From: an uncultured delta proteobacterium | GTDB lineage: Bacteria > Desulfobacterota > Binatia > Binatales > Binataceae | Assembly (NCBI GenBank): GCA_963801665.1 | Contig: CAWDFL010000003.1 | Location: 88,901 to 152,900, forward strand | Reading direction: 5' to 3' | DNA: 64,000 bases | Shown here: positions 37,660 to 47,387 of the stretch, piece by piece | How positions within the stretch are numbered: position 1 is the stretch's first letter | Layout: each line of letters starts with the position of its first letter | Program-made: the position numbers and the translations under genes | Notes under the pieces: model-generated | Databases searched by the model: none | Seen by the model: the letters and a program-made list of their open reading frames with translations, nothing else | What the model was told of the DNA's origin: nothing

Positions 37660-39141
37660 GTGCCTAAATCCGCCTTAAAACAGCGCTTGTCCCTCTTCGA
37701 TTCTTTATCGATCGTCGCCGGTACGACGATCGGCTCGGGCATCTTCATCGTCTCCTCGGGAATCGCGCGCGAGGTTCATTCGCCCGCGCTCTTGCTGCTG
37801 GTCTGGATTGCCGCATCGCTGATGAGCCTGACCGGCGCCCTTACGATCGCCGAGCTGGCCGCGATGATGCCGGTCGCGGGAGGGCAGTACATCTTCCTGC
37901 GAGAATCTTACGGCGGGATGTGCGCGTTCCTGTTCGGATGGACGATCATCGCGGTTGTCCACACCGGCTCGGTCGCCGCCGTCGCAATCGTCTTCGCCAA
38001 ATACCTGGCCGTGTTGGTTCCGGCGATCCATTCGCAATGGCGGATCGGCCCGGCGAGTTTTCAGGGTGAGCGCCTGGTCGCGATCGGGCTGATAACGGCG
38101 CTCACGATCGCGAACGTCCGCGGCCTTCATGCCGGCCGCGCGGTGCAGAATCTGTTCACGGTCGCGAAGGTCGCGGCGCTGCTTCTGATCGTCATTCTCG
38201 CCCTTGCGATTCTGCCGAATCACGCCGCGATTCACGCGAACTTCGGCAACCGCGAGGCGTTCCTAGGCCACGGAGGATTATCGATCGCGATTCTGCCCGC
38301 ATTCGGCGCCGCGATGATCGGCGCGATGTTCTCGCTCGGAGGGTCCGAAAATCTCATCCAGCTCGGTGGCGAGGTGCGCAACCCCGGCCGCTCGCTGCCG
38401 CTCGCGCTGATCTCGGGCGCGGGTCTCGTGATCCTGCTCTACCTGCTGATCAACCTGGCCTACATGGCGCAGCTACCGCTGGTCGGGAATCCGGCCGCCG
38501 CCGACGCATTCGGCCGCGGGATGTCGGGGGCTCGCTCCGATCGCGTGGCGGCGGCGACGATGCAGGTGATGTGGGGATCGACGGGTGCGGGACTGACGTC
38601 GATCCTCGTGATGATCTCGACGCTCGGATGCCTCAACGGACTTATCCTGGGCGGGGCGCGGCTGATGTTCGCGATGGCGCACGATCGCGTGTTCTTCAAG
38701 ATCGCGTCGCGGCTCAACGACGCGTCGGTGCCCGGCTATGCGCTCGCGATCCAGGCCTTCTGGGGCAGCGTCCTGGTTCTGTCCGGGGACTTTAGCGATC
38801 TGCTCAACTACATGGGCGGCGCGGGTTCTTTGTTTGGCGTGCTGGGAATCGCGGCCGTGTTCGTGATGCGCTTCAAGCATCCGCGGGCGCTCAGGCCCTA
38901 CCGCGTATGGGGTTATCCATGGGTCCCGGCGGTGCACCTGCTCGGCTCGCTTGCGATCTTTATCGACCTGCTGATCGTGAAGACCAGGTACAGCGTGTTC
39001 GGCCTGGTGATCGTTTCGGCCGCGATACCGGTTTACTTCTGGCGCATGCGGAGAACCGCGAAGTTCGAGGCGCCCGATCTTCAACCGGTAATTGGACTCC
39101 AGCCCGCGTTTGCGGCAACTAATCAATCTGAGACAGCGTGA
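37660..39141 (+). CDS. APC-family amino acid permease
   Basis: 12 TM pattern. N-terminal consensus SLFDSLSIVAGTTIGSGIFIV. Confidence 0.9.
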   Translation: MPKSALKQRLSLFDSLSIVAGTTIGSGIFIVSSGIAREVHSPALLLLVWIAASLMSLTGALTIAELAAMMPVAGGQYIFLRESYGGMCAFLFGWTIIAVVHTGSVAAVAIVFAKYLAVLVPAIHSQWRIGPASFQGERLVAIGLITALTIANVRGLHAGRAVQNLFTVAKVAALLLIVILALAILPNHAAIHANFGNREAFLGHGGLSIAILPAFGAAMIGAMFSLGGSENLIQLGGEVRNPGRSLPLALISGAGLVILLYLLINLAYMAQLPLVGNPAAADAFGRGMSGARSDRVAAATMQVMWGSTGAGLTSILVMISTLGCLNGLILGGARLMFAMAHDRVFFKIASRLNDASVPGYALAIQAFWGSVLVLSGDFSDLLNYMGGAGSLFGVLGIAAVFVMRFKHPRALRPYRVWGYPWVPAVHLLGSLAIFIDLLIVKTRYSVFGLVIVSAAIPVYFWRMRRTAKFEAPDLQPVIGLQPAFAATNQSETA

Positions 39142-39188
39142 AGCGCGGCCGGAGCGACGCTCCGCTCGCGACGCCGAGGAGGTAAAGC

Positions 39189-40565
39189 ATGAGCGGCTCG
39201 CGCCAATTGCATCTGGGCGCTTTCATGCGGCCCGTCAGTATTCACACCGCGGCCTGGCGTTATCCGGGCGCGTACGCGGATGCGAATTTCAACTTCAAGC
39301 ACCTCGCGCGTTTCGCGCAGACTCTCGAGCGCGGCAAGTTCGACGCCTTCTTTATGGCCGACCATCTCGCCGTGCTGAACATGCCGATCCAGGCGCTCAA
39401 GCGCAGCGCGACCGTGACCTCGTTCGACCCGCTGACGCTGCTGCCGGCGCTCGCGGTGCTGACCGAGCGTATCGGACTGATCGCGACCGCATCGACGACC
39501 TACAACGAGCCCTATCACGTCGCGAGGAAATTCGCGTCGCTGGACCATATCAGTGGCGGCCGCGCCGGATGGAATGTGGTGACATCGAGCAATCCGGACG
39601 AGGCGCTGAATTTCGGCCTCGAGGAGCATCTCGAGCATGCGACGCGCTATCGCCGGGCGCGTGAGTTCTTCGACGTCGTGACCGGCCTGTGGGATAGCTG
39701 GGCCGACGACGCATTCATCCGCGACGTGGAATCGGGAGTTTACTTCGATCCGGACAAGCTCCAGGTACTTAACCACGAAGGCGAGTTTCTGAAAGTCCGC
39801 GGCCCGCTCAATATCGCGCGTCCGATCCAGGGATGGCCCGTGATCGTGCAGGCGGGCGCGTCGGATGCGGGCCGCCAGCTCGCCGCCGAGACCGCTGAAG
39901 TTATTTTTGGCCCGGGCGGCACTATCGCGAGTGCGCGCGCCTATTATTCCGACGTGAAAGGACGGATGGATCCGCTCGGCCGCCCGCGGGAGCATTTGCA
40001 GGTTCTGCCCGGCGCTCTGGTCGTGGTCGGCGACACGGTTAAAGAGGCGCATGAGAAGCGGATGCGGCTGGACGGCCTGGTGCATTATGACAGCGCGATC
40101 GCGTCGCTCTCGGTCATGCTCGGCCACGACGTATCCGGACTCGATCCCGACGGCGCGCTTCCGCCGATTCCCGAGACCAATGCGAGCAAGAGCGGGCGCG
40201 AGCGGATTATCGAGCTGGCCGAGCGCGAGAAGCTCACCGTGCGCCAGCTCGCGCAGCGCGTCGGAGGTTTCGGCGGACTCGCATTCGTCGGCACGCCCGC
40301 GACGATCGCCGATCAAATGGAAGAATGGCTGTTCAGCGACGCCTGCGACGGCTTCAACATCATGTTCCCTTACCTTCCCGCCGGCCTCGACGATTTCCAG
40401 GGCCGCGTCGTGCCCGAGCTGCAGCGCCGCGGAATCTTTCGGCGCGAATACGAAGGGGCCACTCTGAGGGAAAATCTGGGGCTGCCGAGGCCAGAGAATC
40501 GTTTCTTTCCAAAACGAACGCAACGCCTGGAGTCATCAGCGGCAGTGGAATCGACGCCGCACTGA
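39189..40565 (+). CDS. LLM-class flavin-dependent monooxygenase (NtaA/SnaA/DszA family)
   Basis: MSGSRQLHLGAFMRPVSIHTAAWRYPG... and GGRAGWNVVTSS with family-wide conservation. About 450 aa, typical of NtaA/DszA. Confidence 0.9.
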   Translation: MSGSRQLHLGAFMRPVSIHTAAWRYPGAYADANFNFKHLARFAQTLERGKFDAFFMADHLAVLNMPIQALKRSATVTSFDPLTLLPALAVLTERIGLIATASTTYNEPYHVARKFASLDHISGGRAGWNVVTSSNPDEALNFGLEEHLEHATRYRRAREFFDVVTGLWDSWADDAFIRDVESGVYFDPDKLQVLNHEGEFLKVRGPLNIARPIQGWPVIVQAGASDAGRQLAAETAEVIFGPGGTIASARAYYSDVKGRMDPLGRPREHLQVLPGALVVVGDTVKEAHEKRMRLDGLVHYDSAIASLSVMLGHDVSGLDPDGALPPIPETNASKSGRERIIELAEREKLTVRQLAQRVGGFGGLAFVGTPATIADQMEEWLFSDACDGFNIMFPYLPAGLDDFQGRVVPELQRRGIFRREYEGATLRENLGLPRPENRFFPKRTQRLESSAAVESTPH

Positions 40566-40681
40566 CCGCGCTCGAAGATTCTATTTCGGCGGTCGGCGCG
40601 TGCTTTATCTATACCTTCTCCGTCCGGAGAGCTTTGCATCACGACTTTGCGGCAAACCGGTTATGCAAAGCTCTCCATAGA

Positions 40682-41170
40682 GGCTGTCGATAAACGCCGA
40701 GATCTTGTCCGTCATCCTGCCATGAAAGTGTGTGGGCGATGACTATCGTAGTCTGAGCCGAGCCGTTGATCGTCATTCCGAGCCCTGGGCGAGGAATCCC
40801 GAGGCGTCCATGCTCCGAGTCCACGCCTCATGCAGCGCCTTCTCGTCCGGGATTCCTCGCGCGGCAGCCACGCGCGGGAATGACAAGACCACCGCGCAAG
40901 TCTTCGTAGGGGCGGCTCGCGAGCCGCCCGTGTTCCGCGCACCTGTCCCTACACGCTAACTTTCGTCCCGCGCGGCGGGTCCATTGGATCCGTGAGGGTC
41001 TGAACGAAGGCTGCCCCTTCGAACGTCGCTCAGGGCAGGCTCCGTGAAGGATCTCCGCGAAGCGAGTAGTGCGCAAAGCCCGGATCGGTTGCGCTAATTG
41101 CTTCGCGGAGATTCTTCGCCTACGGCTCAGAATGACTACAAGGGAAGGTTTGCGAGAAAATCGACAACCT
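40682..41170. mobile_element. composite MITE-like element (family copy 6, about 490 bp)
   Basis: ggCTGTCGATAAAcgccgagatcttgtccGTCATCCTgccatgaaagtgtgtgggcgatgactatcgta..., palindromic unit, GGGCGGCTCGCGAGCCGCCC, a CGCGAAGCAATTAGCGCAACCGATCCGGGCTTTGCGCACTACTCGCTTCGCG stem, ending ggtttgcgagaaAATCGACAacc. Confidence 0.75.
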
Positions 41171-41258
41171 CCTCCCTCCGGAAGGGGGCGACGCGGCGCG
41201 GCGATTGCTCCTTTTAGCAATCGCCGTGACGCATGGGTGAGGGCGGCCTTGCGCAGAA

Positions 41259-42149
41259 TTACTTGCGGGCCGACTCGATCGCGGCGGCGCAGAAATCCGC
41301 GAGCGCGCGGATGCGGGCCGCGGGCTCATCGTTTTCATTCTCCGCGGCGATTTGTTCGTACAGGCGCGCGGCGCCTTCGTAGATCATCGCGCCGCGATCG
41401 TCGCCGTCCAGAAATTCCGCGATCTCTCTCATCTCGGCGACCCATCGATACGCCTTCGGGAACATCGCGGGAACCTGGCGCGCAAGCCTGCCGAGCATCT
41501 GCGGCTGGCTGCGCGCGAGCTCGCTCCGCAGCGCGTCGGCAAGTCCCTCGCGCGACGCAGCCGCGATCATCGCCGCACCGAGCGCGATACTGCCCTTGGT
41601 CAGGCCGGCATAGCTGAGCTTCAGGCCCGAAGCCGCGCCGATCGGACCGTCGAGTACCGTGATGTCCAGTCCAAAGCGCGAGAGATTTGCGAACTCGCGC
41701 GCGTCGCATCCCGACGCATAAAAGCGCGGGCCTGCGGCGTTCAAATCTTCAGGCGGAGGACCTCCGATAATTCCCGCATCGACGTAGCGGCACCTGCATC
41801 CCGCAAGGACCTCGCCGATACGGCGCGCGGTCGCCGGCGAAATCGCGTTGCAATCGGCAAAGATCGGATGGTTCGCGGCCGCGTCGAGCGCGCTTCGATA
41901 GCGCCGCGCGATTTCGACCGCCACTCCCGGCGGCACAATCGACAGCACGAAATCCGCGCCACGCACCAGCGCCGCGTCGTCATCGACGACTTCCAGCTCC
42001 GCGCGTCGCACTCGCCGTTCGCTCTCGGAGCTGCGCCCCTTGAGAGAAATCAGAACCCGCGCGCCCCGCAGCTTGAGCCGCCGCCCGACCGCCGCTCCCA
42101 TTTCCCCCGCGCCAATAAGCGCGACAACCGGCTGTTCGCTATCACTCAT
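41259..42149 (-). CDS. NAD(P)-dependent oxidoreductase (6PGDH/HIBADH-type NAD-binding domain, DUF1932-like C-terminus)
   Basis: Rossmann GxGxxG in VVALIGAGEMGAAVGRRL. 296 aa. Confidence 0.7.
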   Translation of the reverse strand: MSDSEQPVVALIGAGEMGAAVGRRLKLRGARVLISLKGRSSESERRVRRAELEVVDDDAALVRGADFVLSIVPPGVAVEIARRYRSALDAAANHPIFADCNAISPATARRIGEVLAGCRCRYVDAGIIGGPPPEDLNAAGPRFYASGCDAREFANLSRFGLDITVLDGPIGAASGLKLSYAGLTKGSIALGAAMIAAASREGLADALRSELARSQPQMLGRLARQVPAMFPKAYRWVAEMREIAEFLDGDDRGAMIYEGAARLYEQIAAENENDEPAARIRALADFCAAAIESARK

Positions 42150-42279
42150 GGTTTTTCTCCCGGAGGTATCTGCGACTCACAAACGTGTATATCTTCGGTT
42201 GCGTTAAACTTTCTGTCCCGTGTGGCAGCGAAGGCTCTCGCGAAGCGACGAGGTATATCAACAAAAGAGCAAAGTGATC

Positions 42280-42457
42280 AGTGGCGCGGGCGTCTCGCCC
42301 GTGGACGACGGCGGGCCAACGGGCCGCCCACCAATGAATGCGCTACCGGCGCACACGTGAGAGCCAATCCACTCTATCCATCCGGCGCCGATAAATTCAT
42401 TGGTGAGGCACGCCTGCGGGCGCACCCGTCTCTCACAGGCGAGACGCCCGCACCACT
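42280..42457. repeat. nested inverted-repeat element in the oxidoreductase/ACAD spacer
   Basis: Outer arms AGTGGCGCGGGCGTCTCGCCCGTG (42280-42303) and CACAGGCGAGACGCCCGCACCACT (42434-42457), 22/24 complementary. Inner arms CCACCAATGAAT (42328-42339) and ATTCATTGGTG (42394-42404), perfectly complementary. Confidence 0.45.
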
Positions 42458-42495
42458 ATACCCTGTGCCAGGACCTGCGCGGCGCCGCGAGGCGG

Positions 42496-43740
42496 CTAAT
42501 TCTTGCGAACGTTGCGAAACGGGCCGGTGTCGAACCGCGGCTCCTTGGGTAAGGCGAGCACGCGCTCGGCGATAATGTTGCGCTGAATTTCGTCGGTGCC
42601 TCCGGCGATCGAAACGGCTGGCACCGAAACCAGAATCTCCGCGATAATTCCGTCGCGCGGACTCGCAGGTCCGGTCAGCATCGCCTCCGCGCCGGTAATC
42701 ATCGTATGCACGCGGGCGGCTGCCCGCGCGACGTTGCTGGCCGCTAGCTTTCCGAGCGAGCCTTCGGGGCCCTGCGGCCGCCCCTGTTGCTGGGCGGCGC
42801 GTGCGCGGCGCGCGGTCCATTCGGCGGACTTCGCCATGATCATCAGCTTTGCGATCTCCTGGCGCACGACCGGATCCTTATTCGCGCCGGTCTCCTTCGC
42901 GCGCTCGATCACCAGGTCCACGCGGCCCGCGCGCTGCGGATACCACGTGTAAGGCTGGTTCGCGATTTCGAGCTCGGCCCGCTCTTCGGCGTGGATCCGT
43001 CCGGTGCTTGACTTGCGCCTTGACGGCGAGGCGAGCCCGTCGGCGCCGCGGCGCTCGTGCGCGAGCGTCGTCATCGCGATCTTCCAGCCGTCGCCGACGC
43101 CACCGACTAGGTTCTCGGCCGGTATCGTCGCGTCGGTGAAGAACACCTGGTTGAACGACGCGTGCCCGTTCATCTGCTTGAGCGGCTGCACGTCGACGCC
43201 GGGCTGTTTGATGTCGATCACAAAATACGACAGCCCCTCATGCTTGGGCGCATCCCAATCGGTCCGCGCGAGCAGCAGGCCGTGGTCGGCATGATGCGCG
43301 CTCGTCGTCCACACCTTCTGGCCGTTGACGATCCAGTGGTCGCCGATCAGTTCGGCTCGGGTGGTCGCGCCGGCCAAGTCCGAGCCGCTGCCCGGCTCGC
43401 TGAAAAGCTGGCACCAGTTGTCTTCGCCGGTGAGGATGCGGCGCAGGAACTTTTTTTTCTGCGCATCCGATCCATGCTCGAGCAGTGTCGCCGCCGCCAG
43501 CAGCCGGACTCCGGTTTTCGCGGCGCCGACCGCGCCCACCGCAGCGAATTCCTCCTCGACCACGCGCGCGAGGGCGACCGGCAGGCCGCGGCCGTACCAC
43601 GCCTCGGGCCATTGCGGCATCCCCCATCCGGAATCGGCGAGCTTGTTGCGCCATGTCACGAGGGACATCTCGGGATCCCAGTTGGCCGCGAGCCACGCAC
43701 GCACTTCGGCTCGCACTTCGCTTTCGCTGATCGTGCTCAT
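42496..43740 (-). CDS. acyl-CoA dehydrogenase family protein
   Basis: ACAD fold, C-terminal IAGGTDEIQRNIIAERVLALP. Confidence 0.9.
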   Translation of the reverse strand: MSTISESEVRAEVRAWLAANWDPEMSLVTWRNKLADSGWGMPQWPEAWYGRGLPVALARVVEEEFAAVGAVGAAKTGVRLLAAATLLEHGSDAQKKKFLRRILTGEDNWCQLFSEPGSGSDLAGATTRAELIGDHWIVNGQKVWTTSAHHADHGLLLARTDWDAPKHEGLSYFVIDIKQPGVDVQPLKQMNGHASFNQVFFTDATIPAENLVGGVGDGWKIAMTTLAHERRGADGLASPSRRKSSTGRIHAEERAELEIANQPYTWYPQRAGRVDLVIERAKETGANKDPVVRQEIAKLMIMAKSAEWTARRARAAQQQGRPQGPEGSLGKLAASNVARAAARVHTMITGAEAMLTGPASPRDGIIAEILVSVPAVSIAGGTDEIQRNIIAERVLALPKEPRFDTGPFRNVRKN

Positions 43741-43743
43741 TAC

Positions 43744-44916
43744 TCAGACTCCCCATCGCTGCATCAGGAGTTCCCGATGATAGTGCGGCTGGCCGAGAAA
43801 GACCTCGGAGCTTTTGGCGCGTTTGAACCAGAGATGAGTATCGTTGTCCCAGGTGAAGCCGATGCCGCCGTGAATCTGGATGCATTCGGCGGCGGTGCGC
43901 AGATAGGTTTCCGACGCCGCGGCTTTCGCCAGCGATGCCATCGCGGGCCACTCGGGATCGTCGATCGCGGCGGCTTGAGCGGCGTGGTAGGCAGCCGACT
44001 TGGCGAGCTCGACATCCAGGAGCATGTCGGCGCATCGATGCTTGATCGCCTGAAACGAACCGATCGTTCGCCCGAACTGAACGCGCAGCTTCGCGTAATC
44101 CACCGCCGATTCGAGCATCACCTGCGCGCCGCCGACCATCTCATTCGCGAGCGCGACGGCCGCCTGATCGAGCGTACCGATAATCGCTTTCGCGCCGTGA
44201 TCCAGATCACCGAGTAGCTCCGCATGCGCGCGATGAAAATCGATCCGCGCGATCTTGCGCGTCGGATCCATCGAATCCAGCAGATGCCGTTCGACACCGC
44301 CGGAATTTGCGCCGAGTGTGAATAGCGCCAAACCGTCGTCGCCACTTTTCGCGCCCACGCGCGCGGCAACGATCAGCAAATCCGCGATATGGCCGTCGAC
44401 GACGTAGCTTTTGGTTCCCTCGAGCAGGTAGCCGTCAGCGGTCGGTGTAGCGGCGAGCTCGATCGAATGCGGAGCCCAGTTGCCGCCGGGCTCGGTGACC
44501 GCGAGTGTCGCAAGCCGCGCGCCGCTCGCGAGCTCTGGCAACAGGCTCGCCTTCTGCGCTTCGGTCCCCCCGTTCAGAATCGCGTTGGCCGCGAGCACCG
44601 TGGTCGAGAAATAGGGCGCGCAGAGCAACGCGCGGCCCAGTTCTTCTGTCACGATGCAAAGCTCGACCATGCCGAACCCCGCGCCGCCGTATTGCTCCGG
44701 AATCTGGATTCCGGGCAGCGCGAGCTCCTCGCTCAACTGGCGCCACACGTCGGGGTTGTAACCCTCGGCGGTGGCCATCAGGCGGCGAACCTCGGTGGTC
44801 GGCGATTTATCATTCAGAAATCGCCGCAGCGCCGAGCGGAACTGCTCCTGCTCATCAGTGAACGCGAACTGGACGCGCCGCGCCGGCTCGGATTTCGTTT
44901 TCTCTGACGCACTCAT
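43744..44916 (-). CDS. acyl-CoA dehydrogenase family protein (pairs with the adjacent ACAD)
   Basis: ACAD fold, IHGGIGFTWDNDTHLWFKRAK. Confidence 0.9.
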   Translation of the reverse strand: MSASEKTKSEPARRVQFAFTDEQEQFRSALRRFLNDKSPTTEVRRLMATAEGYNPDVWRQLSEELALPGIQIPEQYGGAGFGMVELCIVTEELGRALLCAPYFSTTVLAANAILNGGTEAQKASLLPELASGARLATLAVTEPGGNWAPHSIELAATPTADGYLLEGTKSYVVDGHIADLLIVAARVGAKSGDDGLALFTLGANSGGVERHLLDSMDPTRKIARIDFHRAHAELLGDLDHGAKAIIGTLDQAAVALANEMVGGAQVMLESAVDYAKLRVQFGRTIGSFQAIKHRCADMLLDVELAKSAAYHAAQAAAIDDPEWPAMASLAKAAASETYLRTAAECIQIHGGIGFTWDNDTHLWFKRAKSSEVFLGQPHYHRELLMQRWGV

Positions 44917-44949
44917 CGTTCTCTCGAAGTGTACTCCGCCTTCATCGGG

Positions 44950-45564
44950 TTACTGCGGCGCCTTAAGTCGATAAACCCAGTTTAGCCGGAGCTTTGCAAT
45001 CCCGCGCCTGTGGAGTGTCGATGTACGCGTGCCGAGCTTGCCCCGAGGGTTGTCCCGAAAGTCCGCCTCGGTGACCTTTGCTAAATATACTTCCGTGAAC
45101 GTCATCGGTGCGCGATCGTGGGCAGGCTCGGTCTCGCAATCGACGCGATAAACGAAGCTGCACATCCACTGATCGCGTGCGCCATGAGTGTCAACCGCGC
45201 CGCCCGATTTGCGAGTGCTCTTGATCTCGATTCCTTCGATCCCAGCTTTCACGGAATTATGCGGATAGACGCCGTTGACGATCAGGTCTGGATGCCCGTT
45301 GAAGTAGGTATTCTGGACCAGGGTCCGAGAGTGCTTTGATAAGCTGGCGGTTAGCATGTCGGATAGCATCCCGGACATATTCGCTGGCCTGAGCATGTCA
45401 TCGAAACGAGTCAGCCCTTTTGACGTCAGCAGCCGGTTCACGTCGTAGAAAAAATCGTAGACATCCTGCATCGCCAGCGCAAAATCTTCGCGACGCAATT
45501 CGTATGGCAGCGCCGCATCAGGGTTGAACCTCTCCCGATCAACTTTGTTCCTGACAACCGCCAC
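44950..45564 (-). CDS. candidate Type II restriction endonuclease (PD-(D/E)xK-like)
   Basis: 204 aa, 10 nt downstream of the DNA MTase. The motif GHPDLIVNGVYPHNSVKAGIEGIEIKS fits h-PD-hhh...(E)-x-K nuclease geometry. Local GC lower than the flanks. Confidence 0.45.
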   Translation of the reverse strand: MAVVRNKVDRERFNPDAALPYELRREDFALAMQDVYDFFYDVNRLLTSKGLTRFDDMLRPANMSGMLSDMLTASLSKHSRTLVQNTYFNGHPDLIVNGVYPHNSVKAGIEGIEIKSTRKSGGAVDTHGARDQWMCSFVYRVDCETEPAHDRAPMTFTEVYLAKVTEADFRDNPRGKLGTRTSTLHRRGIAKLRLNWVYRLKAPQ

Positions 45565-45573
45565 GCTCTAGGC

Positions 45574-46497
45574 TCATCGCCCGAAAAGATCACTGGAGTC
45601 CCATTGCAGGCGCTCAGCTTTCTTGCGAATCGTTCCAGTACCCTGCAATCGCATAAGTTGAGGAATCGCGCGCTCCGCGGTCCTGAAATAGCTGGGATCG
45701 AGTTCCAAACCGATGCTGTCGTAGCCAACCGCCATGGCGGCCGCGATCGTCGAGCCCGCACCCATGAATGGATCGAGTAGCACGCCGCATCCGAGCGGAA
45801 GCGCGGCGCGCACGATCTGTCGCATAAAGCTTTGAGGTTTCAGCGAAGGATGGTCCGCGATCGCTCTCTCTTCAGCTCGAGTGGGCGACGACTGGATTAC
45901 ATCGCTGAAAGGCTGAAGTGGCGAAATGCGGCGAAGGCCGCCGGTTTTCCACTTGCGCAAGTTATCCTGTACCCGTCCTTCGCAAGGCTTGCGGAAAAGT
46001 CCCCACGGTTCCCACCCGGACCGTGGCATTACTGAAACCTGGGTAAACTCCACATGCGCATTTTTGGGCCGGTCGCCGCCCCGAAGAGTTTGAACAAGCC
46101 GGATGATCTCGCCCCGCTTCTCAAAGCCGGCTTCGATCATAGGCAAGTAGACTAGGTGCGAGAGTAGCGGGTTGGTGGCGATAAAGATGTGGCCGCCCGG
46201 AACCAGGACGCGCATCGCGCCTTCAGCAAAGCGCTCGAAAAAAGTTCTTAACGCCCCGCGATCTGCGCCGTCAAGCACAGTGAATCTCGGAAGCGGGCTG
46301 CGTTTGCAGCCGTCGAATGCTGGCGGGATTCGCCAAACGCCGCCCTGTCCTTGGCGGAGTTTTCGTTTTTCTACGTCGGTGTACTCTTTCAGGCCATACG
46401 GCGGATCGGTGACGATCGCGTGAATGGAGGCAGGTTGTCGATCTGCCATCCACTCGAAGGCATCGGTCAGTTGGACGATATACAAACTTTTGGGCAT
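45574..46497 (-). CDS. DNA methyltransferase, beta-class (DPPY motif; N6-adenine or N4-cytosine)
   Basis: Motif IV IVTDPPYG near the N-terminus and motif I LLDPFMGAGSTIAAA near the C-terminus (circularly permuted beta order), HPSLKP. Start taken at internal Met MPKSLY. Confidence 0.85.
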   Translation of the reverse strand: MPKSLYIVQLTDAFEWMADRQPASIHAIVTDPPYGLKEYTDVEKRKLRQGQGGVWRIPPAFDGCKRSPLPRFTVLDGADRGALRTFFERFAEGAMRVLVPGGHIFIATNPLLSHLVYLPMIEAGFEKRGEIIRLVQTLRGGDRPKNAHVEFTQVSVMPRSGWEPWGLFRKPCEGRVQDNLRKWKTGGLRRISPLQPFSDVIQSSPTRAEERAIADHPSLKPQSFMRQIVRAALPLGCGVLLDPFMGAGSTIAAAMAVGYDSIGLELDPSYFRTAERAIPQLMRLQGTGTIRKKAERLQWDSSDLFGR

Positions 46498-46572
46498 CTG
46501 CGCCGCCTCACGCCTTCGATATACCATGGCGGAGTTACCGCGAACCACTAGCGACGTTTCCGCCGATGCTTT

Positions 46573-47373
46573 CTATTTCTGGTTTAGCGGCGCGGCGGCC
46601 CAGGACTGCTGAGTCATGATGAACGGGTCGGGCGAGATGCTGATCTCACCGCGAAACGGCCAATCGAGCGCGATGATCATTACTATGACCAGCGCGAGTG
46701 TGGCCGCGACCGTCGCCGTCATCGCGATATGCATGCCGAAATTTTCGAAACCAAAGAAGTAGGTGTAGCCGGTCGTGATCGCTGCGCCGAAAAAGACGAT
46801 GCACCAGATCACGCCCGGAATATGTCCCTGGACTGCCGACAGCCGGGCGCTGCGCGCGTCGTAGAGCTCGTTCCATGATTTGAGGAGCTCCGCCTCGATC
46901 ACCGCTTCGCCGGAATTTTGCGGATGAATCGTTGCGATCGCCGTCGCGAGATCGCGCAGCGGCTTCCATCCTTCGTCCGGCGTCTTGCCTTCCCGCTGGA
47001 TCGGCCATTCCACGTCGACGACAACCTCGACGTACTTCGCGAGCGCGTCGCGGATCTCCTGGCCCTTGGCATCGGGCAAGCCTGCGGTATCGAGGTACAT
47101 CCCTCCGGCGTAGTCCGATTCGTTCTCGACGATGTCCGATGCATGGCTGAAAGATTCCCACGTGGCGATCGCGATGAACGCCAGCAGCACCGCGTAGAGC
47201 ACGCTGATAATCGCGATCGTGAATCCGGCGAGATCGTTGTGAGCCCTGCGCAAGTTGACGTGAACCAATCGATGGAAGACCATCAGTCCGCCGCACGCGC
47301 ACGCGGTGAACAGCACGACAAAGATGGTTCCCCACAGCCACGTCGGATTGTTGTATATCCAGTCGAGAATCAT
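46573..47373 (-). CDS. membrane protein (DUF4239-like, hypothetical)
   Basis: Two N-terminal and two C-terminal TM helices flanking a soluble domain. No catalytic motif. Confidence 0.55.
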   Translation of the reverse strand: MILDWIYNNPTWLWGTIFVVLFTACACGGLMVFHRLVHVNLRRAHNDLAGFTIAIISVLYAVLLAFIAIATWESFSHASDIVENESDYAGGMYLDTAGLPDAKGQEIRDALAKYVEVVVDVEWPIQREGKTPDEGWKPLRDLATAIATIHPQNSGEAVIEAELLKSWNELYDARSARLSAVQGHIPGVIWCIVFFGAAITTGYTYFFGFENFGMHIAMTATVAATLALVIVMIIALDWPFRGEISISPDPFIMTQQSWAAAPLNQK

Positions 47374-47387
47374 ATTCGCCTAATGCC

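Noticed and set aside
39123-40523. 466-aa minus-strand ORF antisense to the LLM monooxygenase
   Set aside because: Same artefact class (Arg-rich, no domain). The plus-strand gene has strong family signatures.
41352-42575. 407-aa plus-strand ORF spanning the oxidoreductase gene and the nested inverted repeat
   Set aside because: Arg/Ala-rich garbage composition. It is antisense to a Rossmann-fold gene and runs through a non-coding repeat.
43162-44217. 351-aa plus ORF and 265-aa minus ORF overlapping the two ACAD genes
   Set aside because: Antisense or alternate-frame artefacts of high GC. Both ACADs are intact in their own frames.
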